From contig JAUWGH010000012.1 of NCBI GenBank assembly GCA_030606485.1, positions 18,602-50,601 on the forward strand: a stretch of DNA of 32,000 bases. Direction: 5' to 3'. Below are positions 17,530 to 26,217 of this stretch, in pieces; the first letter of the stretch is position 1; the number at the start of each line of letters is the position of its first letter. The notes under the pieces were generated by a model, which worked only from the letters and a program-made list of their open reading frames with translations, was not told the DNA's origin and did no database searches. Origin of the DNA: Promethearchaeota archaeon (lineage in GTDB: Archaea; Asgardarchaeota; Lokiarchaeia; Sigyniarchaeales; SOKP01). Both the position numbers and the translations under genes were made by a program.

Positions 17530-17843
17530 TGGTTCTTGAATGTTATCATTTTCTGTTATTTTTTAACGACCTTTAAAAGATTCTTAATGCCAACTAAATT
17601 TAATTTTAAGAATTAAAAAAAATTTAAAAAGTTATGTTTGAAATTTCAAACTCTTCAAGTCCAATTTTTGAACTTCCCAATTTATTCATTATTGAATTAG
17701 TAAAACTTAGTTTCTCCATTGAAAAAATTCCGGGAAAATGTTTAAAAAATTTATGGATTGACATTCTTTCTCGGAAATATATTGATTGATAATTAGAATT
17801 ATTACTAAATCAATAGTCTTTATTGTTATATATATAATCTTAC

Positions 17844-18635
17844 TTGATTCTATATAATCAAAAAGATATTGAATTGAAATTCCAACAAATGGAAGAAAAA
17901 ACAAAAAGAAAAATACCCAAAGAACACCATGAGTATTTAGAAGAAAAAATAATCCCTAATATTGATTACGATCCGCGATATGGAATGGATCCTGGGGTAC
18001 AGCTGGAAAATTATAATGAATACATACAAATTCTCAAAAAAATTTGTAGAAATGATGGAATTCTTATAGAAAAGGAGAAAAATAAACACCTTGAAAATCA
18101 TTTACTTAATGAAGAGGAACAGTTAGTAAAAGACATAGATATAAATAACCAAACTATATTGAATGCAATAGAAATATCAAGTGAAAAATTAAGGAAATTA
18201 AAACATTTTATTCAGTATCAGAAGGACAAAATTAAAGAGCTTGAAATACAGAAAAATCAAGAAATTCAAGATATAAGAGAAGAAAATATAAATTTAATGC
18301 AAGAGAAAGAGATTTTGGAAAGTAAAGTCTTTAAAGATCTCGTCTCTAAAGTGCTTACTAATATTCCATACTTACCTGCGTTACCTTCAAATCCAAATTT
18401 AGCTCAAATTCCTAGAGTTCATAGTGATATCGAAATAAAACGGATAAGAAGACCGCCAACGGTAAAAACACACCTCAATCCTAAAGAAAATGCTTTTCGT
18501 GCAGTAGTTGTGGAATTAAAAGGAGCACTTAAGAAAGGAAATCCTTTGAAGCCAATTGATCCGCAAGAATTAAAAGAGATAAAAGAAGAGCGTGAAAAAA
18601 GAATGAAAGAAATTAAAGATCGAAAACTTTTTTAA
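17844..18635 (+). CDS. Coiled-coil protein with Pro-enriched linker and C-terminal WH2-like motif
   Basis: Heptad-rich aa 75-165; IPYLPALPSNPNLAQIP and RRPP; FRAVVVELKGALKKGNPLKPID at aa 218-239. The start may be ATG 17889 rather than TTG 17844. Confidence 0.7.
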   Translation: MILYNQKDIELKFQQMEEKTKRKIPKEHHEYLEEKIIPNIDYDPRYGMDPGVQLENYNEYIQILKKICRNDGILIEKEKNKHLENHLLNEEEQLVKDIDINNQTILNAIEISSEKLRKLKHFIQYQKDKIKELEIQKNQEIQDIREENINLMQEKEILESKVFKDLVSKVLTNIPYLPALPSNPNLAQIPRVHSDIEIKRIRRPPTVKTHLNPKENAFRAVVVELKGALKKGNPLKPIDPQELKEIKEEREKRMKEIKDRKLF

Positions 18636-18762
18636 CATTTACAAGAGTTTTGTCGTTTAAACAGAGTAATCTGAAAAATAAATTTTTACAAAAATATAAA
18701 TACATCTTTTGCTGAATTATATTTGAAAATGAATTTATTCATTTTTTAAAAGGTGAAATTAA

Positions 18763-19086
18763 ATGGTAATAGTTATATGGCGTCAAATTCAACAAATTCA
18801 ACCAGGTAAATGGGATGAGTTAGAAGAGATTAACAAAAAATTCAATGAAATCGAAAAGAGGCTTGGATTTCCTGACAACAAGAAGCGATATCGTCACATA
18901 GTTGGGACCCAATATATAAATACCCTTATTATAGAATTCCAATGGGAGAGTATGGCTCAAATGGAAAAAACGATAACAAAAGCTGTCTTGGATCCTGAGT
19001 ATCAGAAACTTCAAGCTAAAGCAGAACCGATTATCGAAAGTAGCCAATGGGAATTATATATTCCATGGCCATTGGTTCCTCCATAA
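18763..19086 (+). CDS. NIPSNAP-like dimeric alpha-beta barrel protein
   Basis: IQPGKWDE...EFQWESMAQME...DPEYQKL...IIESSQWELY pattern; GGTG RBS 7 nt upstream. Confidence 0.65.
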   Translation: MVIVIWRQIQQIQPGKWDELEEINKKFNEIEKRLGFPDNKKRYRHIVGTQYINTLIIEFQWESMAQMEKTITKAVLDPEYQKLQAKAEPIIESSQWELYIPWPLVPP

Positions 19087-19146
19087 ATCTTTGAAAAAAG
19101 AACTAAAGAAATCTCAGTATCTGTTTGGATTCTAAATTTTATTTAA

Positions 19147-19159
19147 TTTTTTTTTTTTT
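19147..19159 (+). terminator. Oligo-T terminator candidate
   Basis: T13 run between the convergent genes ending at 19086 and 19180. Confidence 0.5.
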
Positions 19160-19179
19160 ATCATTCTTTTATTAAAAAA

Positions 19180-20655
19180 TCATAATCCCCATTTTCCCGG
19201 ATTAAAGATATTATTGGGATCCATTGCATTTTTAATTCGTTCTAATAATTTAATCCAATTTGGGTCACACCTTTCTCTTATTTTTTCTGTCATCCACACT
19301 GGTGTTTTATAGGGCACGCAATCGTATTCAAGCATAACTTTTAAAAATTCTTTTTGAAGTTCTTCTACTATTGCTTGCTCTTTTTTCTTATTATATCGAA
19401 TAATTGGTCTGAAAACGCAATAATGGCTTGATTTCATGCTTTTCATATAGATAATTGGCCCAATTCCATATTGTTTAAATAAGTCATAACATTTCTCCAT
19501 AAGGGGTCCAAGATGATCTGGGTTTGCATAGCTCCCGATCCAAGTTAATCCATCCCATTCATAAAGAGGAGTTATTACGCTGGGTATATCAGTGAACATT
19601 CTAAATTCAGGGCCTAAAATATTAGCGAATGTGACAAAATTTGTAAGGAATATATTATTTTTAACTCGTTCCTTTATTTTCTTAAAAATCTTTCTCACGT
19701 AATTTATTTTAGCATTTAGTAATTCTTTCGTATGATCTGAAATGGATATTATAACTACATAATTCGGTTCTTTTTCAAACTTTTTAGGTTTAATCAAGCC
19801 ATACGTCATTTTTGCTATTTCTGAATTAATTGCAGAAATATCCTCACAAACTTCAATTCTACCCAATTCTCTAAGAATTTCAGCACATTCCATATGTCCA
19901 TAAACAATTGCTAATAATACCATATTATATTCCTTTTTGGGCCATAATTGGACTGCACATTTAGTTACAATACCAGTCATTCCTTGCCAACAAAGAAATA
20001 AACCGGTTAAATCAGGAATTGGATATCGCGCAAACCAATTATCAGGTTTAAATTCCTTAGAAAGAAAACATGAACCTGTTCTAACTAAATCCCCGTTATT
20101 TAGAATAATTTCCAACCCATTTACCCAATCTGCCATACTTCCATAGGAACCACTTAAATTTGATAATCCAGATAAAAGAGCGTTTCCAACAACGCTAGCA
20201 TATGGTGGGGCCATTGTATAGCCGTATTTCAGGTTTGGATGGTTCTCATCTAAATATTTTTTTAATTGTCCGAATGTCACACCGGGTTCTAATAGGGCGT
20301 ACATCATTGATTCATGAATTTTGATAATTTTATTCATTTTTTTACCCATATCTAAAATAATTCCTCCTTCATTTGGAATTGTGAGACCTCCTACGTTATT
20401 TCCGCTAATATAGGGAACAATTGGGATTGAATACTCATTACAATAATTTACTAATGAGATAATTTGATTTACAGTTTCTGGAATTACCACAAAATCCGGC
20501 ATATGTGGTGTTGCTTCAGTCATATCATAAGAGTAGGGATATAAATCATGTTGTCTATCAGAAACATTAGATTTACCAAATATCTTTATTAATTCATTTA
20601 ATATTTTTTCTTTCTCTATCCTTTCAAAAATATTTCTTTCTTTAATGGTTGTCAA
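19180..20655 (-). CDS. FAD-binding oxidoreductase, VAO/PCMH (4-cresol dehydrogenase flavoprotein-like) family
   Basis: PDFVVIPETVNQI, DMGKKMNKII, EPGVTFGQL, SVVGNAL, GLEIILNNGDLVRTG, GIVTK, C-terminal DPNNIFNPGKW. TTG start with GGAGG 7 nt upstream. Confidence 0.9.
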   Translation of the reverse strand: MTTIKERNIFERIEKEKILNELIKIFGKSNVSDRQHDLYPYSYDMTEATPHMPDFVVIPETVNQIISLVNYCNEYSIPIVPYISGNNVGGLTIPNEGGIILDMGKKMNKIIKIHESMMYALLEPGVTFGQLKKYLDENHPNLKYGYTMAPPYASVVGNALLSGLSNLSGSYGSMADWVNGLEIILNNGDLVRTGSCFLSKEFKPDNWFARYPIPDLTGLFLCWQGMTGIVTKCAVQLWPKKEYNMVLLAIVYGHMECAEILRELGRIEVCEDISAINSEIAKMTYGLIKPKKFEKEPNYVVIISISDHTKELLNAKINYVRKIFKKIKERVKNNIFLTNFVTFANILGPEFRMFTDIPSVITPLYEWDGLTWIGSYANPDHLGPLMEKCYDLFKQYGIGPIIYMKSMKSSHYCVFRPIIRYNKKKEQAIVEELQKEFLKVMLEYDCVPYKTPVWMTEKIRERCDPNWIKLLERIKNAMDPNNIFNPGKWGL

Positions 20656-20657
20656 AT

Positions 20658-21050
20658 TTAAACCTCCTCGTAAGTTTTATTTGCCAAATGTAATGCTTTA
20701 ACTAAAATACTTTGAAATTTATTTATTGTAAAAATGCGGTAAATTTTTTTTACTTTTAATTTTCTTCTTAAAAAGGCAGAGATTAACCCCAATCTCCCCT
20801 CGGTTATAGCTATTAAAGCATCAAGTGTCATTTTTATTTTTATGTGATATTTTGGTTTCTCTCCATATTCAATAGTAATTTCTGAATTATTAAAAATTAG
20901 TGTTATTTCATATAAACCTATTATTTCGACTACGATTATTCGCTGCCAATTCTTGATTTTCTTTAAAATTTTTTCCTTGGTTAGCATTGGTGTAAGTACA
21001 TTTTTTAGTGCTAAACCTAAGATATCCTCTGGTTGATTTATTATACTCAT
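20658..21050 (-). CDS. SCP2 sterol/lipid-binding domain protein
   Basis: 130 aa; C-terminal MTLDALIAITEGRLGLISAFLRRKLKV matches the SCP2 signature. 2 bp gap to the downstream oxidoreductase. Confidence 0.78.
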   Translation of the reverse strand: MSIINQPEDILGLALKNVLTPMLTKEKILKKIKNWQRIIVVEIIGLYEITLIFNNSEITIEYGEKPKYHIKIKMTLDALIAITEGRLGLISAFLRRKLKVKKIYRIFTINKFQSILVKALHLANKTYEEV

Positions 21051-21146
21051 TTTTAATCTGTATTTTTTATTTTTTTTTTTAATATTTTTTTTAATATTTT
21101 TTATATTCTTATTCTTTTTGCTTTAAACAAGAAATATCTATAATTT

Positions 21147-22061
21147 TTAAAGCCATTTAACTCTTACCAGTTTCCGAGCTGGAATTCTATGATATTTAAC
21201 ATTGGGGTACCCTATTGATAATGTATATCCTACAATATTTCCTTTTGGGATTTTTACCAATTCAGAAACAGAACTGAATTGATTTAATAGAGAAGTCGCA
21301 AATCCTAAAGAGCAAGTCGCTAAACCCAAAGTTTCTGCAGCCAACATTATATGACAAGCGGCTAACGAGCAATCTTCTACTAAAGTTGATGTCGTTTCTT
21401 TAGGAGCATGAATAATAATAATTTCTGTATTCCAACGCCAAAATTCAATTCCAACTTTAATTCCAAGTAATATCCTTTTAAAAGAATCAAGTCGCTCCCC
21501 TACAATTCTCAATATCTTTTCTCCTAATACCACTTTCAGCGAAGCATACCCTTCAGGATCTTCATATTTTTTTATAAAATCAGAAACATTTTTTGTTAAA
21601 GCTTCTGAAAATTTAGCAAGTAATTCTGGATTCTGCACGACCGTATAATGAACATTTTCAGTGTTGGAACCAGTAGGAGAATATCTTGATAACTCTAAAA
21701 TCTTTTCAATTAATTCTTTTGGAACTGGCTTTTCTTTAAATTGCCGGATTGACCTTCGAGTTTGAACAAGATTGATTAGAGAATCGAAAGTAATTCCCTT
21801 TTCTTTTACGGGAAGATCTTTAACTCCATCTAAAGGACGTGTTTTTAATTGAATTACATTAACTGGACAGATAGCTACGCAATGGCCACATTCAATACAA
21901 TCTTCTTCGAAGTTGTGCGCTACCTGAAGCTTATCATCTTTGAAATAAAATAATCTGGGAACACATTCGTCAATACAAGCTTTACACTTGGTGCACTCCC
22001 CCACATTTATTGAAATTTTAGAATTTTCTATTATATCTTGATTTAAATTTTTATTTTTCAT
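21147..22061 (-). CDS. Nitroreductase family protein with N-terminal 2x[4Fe-4S] ferredoxin
   Basis: CTKCKACIDEC and CIECGHCVAICP; RRSIRQFK; SPTGSNTE; HIMLAAETLGLATC; LSIGYP. Start moved to ATG 22061 because GGAGTG lies 6 nt upstream; the track uses GTG 22070. Confidence 0.92.
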   Translation of the reverse strand: MKNKNLNQDIIENSKISINVGECTKCKACIDECVPRLFYFKDDKLQVAHNFEEDCIECGHCVAICPVNVIQLKTRPLDGVKDLPVKEKGITFDSLINLVQTRRSIRQFKEKPVPKELIEKILELSRYSPTGSNTENVHYTVVQNPELLAKFSEALTKNVSDFIKKYEDPEGYASLKVVLGEKILRIVGERLDSFKRILLGIKVGIEFWRWNTEIIIIHAPKETTSTLVEDCSLAACHIMLAAETLGLATCSLGFATSLLNQFSSVSELVKIPKGNIVGYTLSIGYPNVKYHRIPARKLVRVKWL

Positions 22062-22089
22062 ATTAAACACTCCATTAGGATATTATTTA

Positions 22090-23154
22090 TTACAAGACTG
22101 AAAAGATCCAGTAAGTTAATAGCATTGTTCCCAATCCTAGAAATATAGAAATAGGCAATCCTGGTAAAATTTTATTTTTCTTTAATCCCAAGATAGTAAT
22201 TCCAGTACCTAATATTATAGCACAAGCAGTTGCGATTAAAATAATAATATTATTTGTAAAAATAAGAGCATGAGAAGTTAGCATGCTGTAAAAAGCTAAA
22301 TCTCCAATACCAATTTCTAGTGAAGATATATCATATTCAACCTCATATTCGCCTTCTTCTGCCTGGTCCTCCAATTTTTTAAATTTTTCTTTTTTGGGAG
22401 AATTTTCAAAAAAAATATCAAACATTTTTTTAATTGGGCCCCGCTTCGATTTAACAGCGTATATATCCCAAATTGAGATTAATACTAAAATTATTATAGT
22501 TGTAATTGGTGGAATCATCATTCCCATAAAAGCTCCAATTAAAAGGCCAATAAGTAAAATAAATAAATTCTTAATTCTGGGGGAGTCTCCTTTTATATAT
22601 TTATAAATCATAAAAATTGTAAAGGCACCTATACATACATACATTATATTTGAAACAATTATATATAGTTCATTTTCAAATATGTCCCGGGTTATTAACC
22701 ATAAAATTATATCTCCATAAAGAATCAATAGAAAGAAGCATAAAAGTGCAAATGAGAAAGCAAATATATATTTTAAAGCATTAATTCCTTTTTTTTTAAT
22801 AATATAAATTATAATAAAACTTGAAACAGCTGCATAACTAATAAAAATTAGCCCATTTAATAACGCACCTATACCTCCATATTCAGATTCAGGAAAGATT
22901 ACCCCTTCAATCTGAATTCCGGCTACTACATAACTAAGATAAGCCAAAATTCCAGATATAATAACAACAGTTATAATTGGGATTGGAAAATATTTTGCTT
23001 TAACTTGAAATGTGGGCATAAAGCTTGGTTCAGATATTTCTTCATCAATAACATTATTATCGTCGTTATTTTTTTCTTTCTGTATCTCAATATTTATTTT
23101 CCTATCAGAATTTTTCTCTTTTTCCTTGTTAATTATTTCCTTATTTTCCGGCAT
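22090..23154 (-). CDS. Presenilin-family (A22, GxGD) intramembrane aspartyl protease
   Basis: Catalytic ISIWDIYAV (YD-type) and EIGIGDLAFYS (GxGD); PAL-like LPGLPISI; about nine TM segments; acidic N-terminus and loop. Confidence 0.93.
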   Translation of the reverse strand: MPENKEIINKEKEKNSDRKINIEIQKEKNNDDNNVIDEEISEPSFMPTFQVKAKYFPIPIITVVIISGILAYLSYVVAGIQIEGVIFPESEYGGIGALLNGLIFISYAAVSSFIIIYIIKKKGINALKYIFAFSFALLCFFLLILYGDIILWLITRDIFENELYIIVSNIMYVCIGAFTIFMIYKYIKGDSPRIKNLFILLIGLLIGAFMGMMIPPITTIIILVLISIWDIYAVKSKRGPIKKMFDIFFENSPKKEKFKKLEDQAEEGEYEVEYDISSLEIGIGDLAFYSMLTSHALIFTNNIIILIATACAIILGTGITILGLKKNKILPGLPISIFLGLGTMLLTYWIFSVL

Positions 23155-23302
23155 TATCTTCTATTTATAATTTAAAAATTATTAAAAACAATTACATTAA
23201 GAATTGAAGGAATATTAAAATACAAATTCTTTTTGTTTTTTTTAGTAATAACGAAAAAACCCTAAATAATTTTAAGATTAAAACATATAATATCTTCTAA
23301 TT

Positions 23303-23608
23303 ATGACTATTTTATTGTCTAAATACTTGGGTAAAAGTATAATACATAATCAGCAAGGAGTCAAAATCGGTAAATTAGATGACCTCGTAGTTTCAAAAGA
23401 AACAGGGAAAATCATTTCATATATTGTGAAATTGACTGATACTAAAAATATTATTTCGAAATTACCCAAACTTGAAAAAGGATTGATAATGGTACCTTTT
23501 CCATTTATCTCATTTACTAATGAGAAATTTTATATTTATGAAAATGAAATTGCAAAATTTTTAGAAAAAAGTAAGAAAGAACAAATATCTTATAAAGATA
23601 GAATTTAA
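23303..23608 (+). CDS. PRC-barrel domain protein
   Basis: LSKYLGKSIIHNQQGVKIGKLDDLVVSKETGKIISYIV...MVPF. Confidence 0.85.
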   Translation: MTILLSKYLGKSIIHNQQGVKIGKLDDLVVSKETGKIISYIVKLTDTKNIISKLPKLEKGLIMVPFPFISFTNEKFYIYENEIAKFLEKSKKEQISYKDRI

Positions 23609-23672
23609 TTTTAATTGAAAACAAGGAAAATTAAAAATAACCTAAAGATATTAAATAAGCATTTCTTTAATT

Positions 23673-24920
23673 TTAAAAAGAAATTCCAGGTGTTTTTTGA
23701 GCGAATTCAAACACCTTTTGAAACCTTTCTTCTATAGGTCTCTTATAATAACGTAAAGGATATAGTTCATTTATTGTAAATTTATAAATTTTAATCCATC
23801 TCTTAGCTACTTCATCTATTCTATGCAATTTGACATATTTTTTACAATTTTTACTAAACTCTGCTCTTAAATCATCATCTTTAAATAATTGGATCACACG
23901 TTTTTCAAATTCACTTAAATTATTGACAAGAAATCCAGTTTTTTTATGTCTTATTACGTCTTGAATACCGCAACCATTCGCACCTACTGAGGGAGTACCT
24001 TGTGCCATAGCTTCTAATAAAACTAAACCTTCCGCCTCAACCCAACTATATAAACAAGATATGTCAGCTGTATTATAAATTTTTATTAAATTATTATCAG
24101 ACACGTATCCAGTTTGAGTAACATATTCCTGTAGTCTATATTTTTGAATTTTATGTTTAATTGAAGGCATTGAAGGCCCAGTACCGACTAATAGTAAATG
24201 AGAATCTGGGACTACTTTATGAATTCTCTTAAAAGATTTTACAATTTTTTCGATATTTTTCTCAGGAGATTGACGAGATGCATAAAGTAAAACTTTTTTA
24301 TCTCCAAGATTATATTTCTCTCTAATTTCTCCACCATCAACTTTTTTAAAATAAAATTCTTCAATTCCATTCGTTAAAATTATAAGTGGGTTTTTTAAGA
24401 ACCTATGTTTTAAGAGTAATTTTTTCTTAGAAGGAGTTGGAACTGAAACTAAGTCAAATTTTTGCCATATATGTCTTTCAAAAGCCCATAAAAAGCCGGT
24501 TTTACTCAAAATTTTGCCTACAATGGGAACATAGATATCTGAGTAATATGACAGAGGAGAATTATGAGTTCCAACCATAGGAATACCAAAATATTTTGAC
24601 CAACTCAAACCCATTACACCAATCGTAACTGGGGTCATGATATGGCTGATATCTAAAAATTCATTTTCTGGAAAAAAGTAGTTATGAATTGGAAGGGAAA
24701 ATATTATTTCGGGATCATGACTAATCCTGTAGCCTCCAACATCATGATAGAAAAGATTTTTTTGTTTAGAATTATTTTTCCTTATACAAGGAGCAAATAC
24801 ATGGACTCTATGACCCGTTCGTGCTATAGCTTCTGATAAACTTCTTACAGCCTTTGCAATTCCACTAACTTGGGAATATACATAACTGAAAATACCAATA
24901 TCGAGAGATTGTTTGGGCAT
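23673..24920 (-). CDS. GT4 glycosyltransferase, monoglycosyl-diacylglycerol synthase (Mgs/UGDG)-like, copy 1
   Basis: IGIFSYVYSQVSG, GHRVHVF, SRQSPEKN, VGTGP, EAEGLVLLEAMAQGTP. Confidence 0.88.
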   Translation of the reverse strand: MPKQSLDIGIFSYVYSQVSGIAKAVRSLSEAIARTGHRVHVFAPCIRKNNSKQKNLFYHDVGGYRISHDPEIIFSLPIHNYFFPENEFLDISHIMTPVTIGVMGLSWSKYFGIPMVGTHNSPLSYYSDIYVPIVGKILSKTGFLWAFERHIWQKFDLVSVPTPSKKKLLLKHRFLKNPLIILTNGIEEFYFKKVDGGEIREKYNLGDKKVLLYASRQSPEKNIEKIVKSFKRIHKVVPDSHLLLVGTGPSMPSIKHKIQKYRLQEYVTQTGYVSDNNLIKIYNTADISCLYSWVEAEGLVLLEAMAQGTPSVGANGCGIQDVIRHKKTGFLVNNLSEFEKRVIQLFKDDDLRAEFSKNCKKYVKLHRIDEVAKRWIKIYKFTINELYPLRYYKRPIEERFQKVFEFAQKTPGISF

Positions 24921-24973
24921 CTAAATTTCACCTAGTTTTCTTTTGATCTTATTTAACACCTTTTTCAATTTTC

Positions 24974-26086
24974 TTATTTTTGGATTTTTTCAAGATATAA
25001 ATTTTTTAGTTTAATTACTCTATTATAAAGTTTATCAATCTGTTTTATAATCTTTTTAAAGTTATGTAATTCATCGGTAATACTATAAGCGTTTTTGATA
25101 AGTTTATTTTTAAAATTAGAATCATGGAGGATTTTTTCAATGCCAGTAATAAATTCATCATGATTATTTGCCTTATAACAAGATTCGCAGTGAATTAACC
25201 AATCAAATGGCTCAATATTCCGGACAACAATAGGTAATTTACAAACTGAAGCTTCTAGAAGGGGGATTCCTTGATTTTCTGTGTAGGATGGATATATTAA
25301 CACATCAGCTCCATAATAAGGCTCGCAAATATTATCATAATAGCCTGTAAAAATACAATTTTTTAATTCGGATGCTTTTTTTACATAAATATTTTCTTTT
25401 ATAGGTCCTACCCAAACGAACCAATAATTTGATAAATCTTTTGCACATCTAAAAAATTCATCTGGTCCTTTTTTTCTCCATGTATAACCAACATTTAAAA
25501 TGATTTTCCCATCTATTGGGATGTTGTATTTTTCATTTAAGAATTTTCTAAAATTCTCTCGATATTCTCTTTTCTCTTTAAATTTTTCGAATTTTATACC
25601 GTTACTAACAACATAAATGGGTGGTCTTTTCTTTAATTTTAATCTTTTAAGAGAACTTTTAGAAAACTCTGTGGGAGTGATTAACATGTGGGAAATATTA
25701 TATAGAAATTTGAGATAAATTTTAGTTAATTTCCCCCAACTTATTATATTAGGTAGAAATCCACCTTCTAAATCCTCAACCGTAGTATGTGCATGTTGAA
25801 TAACTGCTGCATTATACTTTTTTCTCATAGTCCATAATTGATATGCGGTTAATGGATCAAAAGATGAACTAGCAATTATATCAACATTATTATTTTGAAC
25901 CCATTTGGGAATTGATTTTCCTTTATTTGGAATCCAAACGTTATGACCGTTGTTTCTTAATGAATTAATTACATCCCGAGTATTTGTCTCTATACCTCCT
26001 ACGGTTTTTACGTTGGTAAATCTTTTGTATATACGAAAATTTTCAATAAAAATAATATTAAGAGGTTTAATCATTATTAATTTCAC
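24974..26086 (-). CDS. GT4 glycosyltransferase, diglycosyl-diacylglycerol synthase (Dgs/CpoA)-like
   Basis: HAHTTVEDL, LITPTEFSK, VSNGI, KKGPDEF, FVWVG, PSYTENQGIPLLEA, PIVVRNI. Confidence 0.82.
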   Translation of the reverse strand: MKLIMIKPLNIIFIENFRIYKRFTNVKTVGGIETNTRDVINSLRNNGHNVWIPNKGKSIPKWVQNNNVDIIASSSFDPLTAYQLWTMRKKYNAAVIQHAHTTVEDLEGGFLPNIISWGKLTKIYLKFLYNISHMLITPTEFSKSSLKRLKLKKRPPIYVVSNGIKFEKFKEKREYRENFRKFLNEKYNIPIDGKIILNVGYTWRKKGPDEFFRCAKDLSNYWFVWVGPIKENIYVKKASELKNCIFTGYYDNICEPYYGADVLIYPSYTENQGIPLLEASVCKLPIVVRNIEPFDWLIHCESCYKANNHDEFITGIEKILHDSNFKNKLIKNAYSITDELHNFKKIIKQIDKLYNRVIKLKNLYLEKIQK

Positions 26087-26217
26087 TTAAATTTAATTTG
26101 GATTTCTAAAATTTTACATTTTTTATATAAATGATCTCTCTTTTAATTATCAACATATACTAAAGAATACCACATTGATGATTTTTTAAATTAAAATAAT
26201 TATAAATTAATTCTCTT

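Noticed and set aside
17707-20146. ORFs 17707..17904 (-), 18820..19047 (-) and 19937..20146 (+)
   Set aside because: They overlap better-supported genes on the opposite strand and have low-complexity translations.
21051-21125. Very T-rich tract with short TAATATTTTTT repeats between the nitroreductase and SCP2 genes
   Set aside because: Low-complexity AT-rich spacer. It is A-rich on the coding strand, so it is not a terminator for this run, and there is no regular repeat-spacer structure.
16309-22070. Selenocysteine (UGA) recoding in the redox genes, since Lokiarchaeia encode selenoproteins
   Set aside because: The ORFs look complete, with no in-frame TGA splitting a recognisable domain, and I recognised no SECIS-like hairpin.
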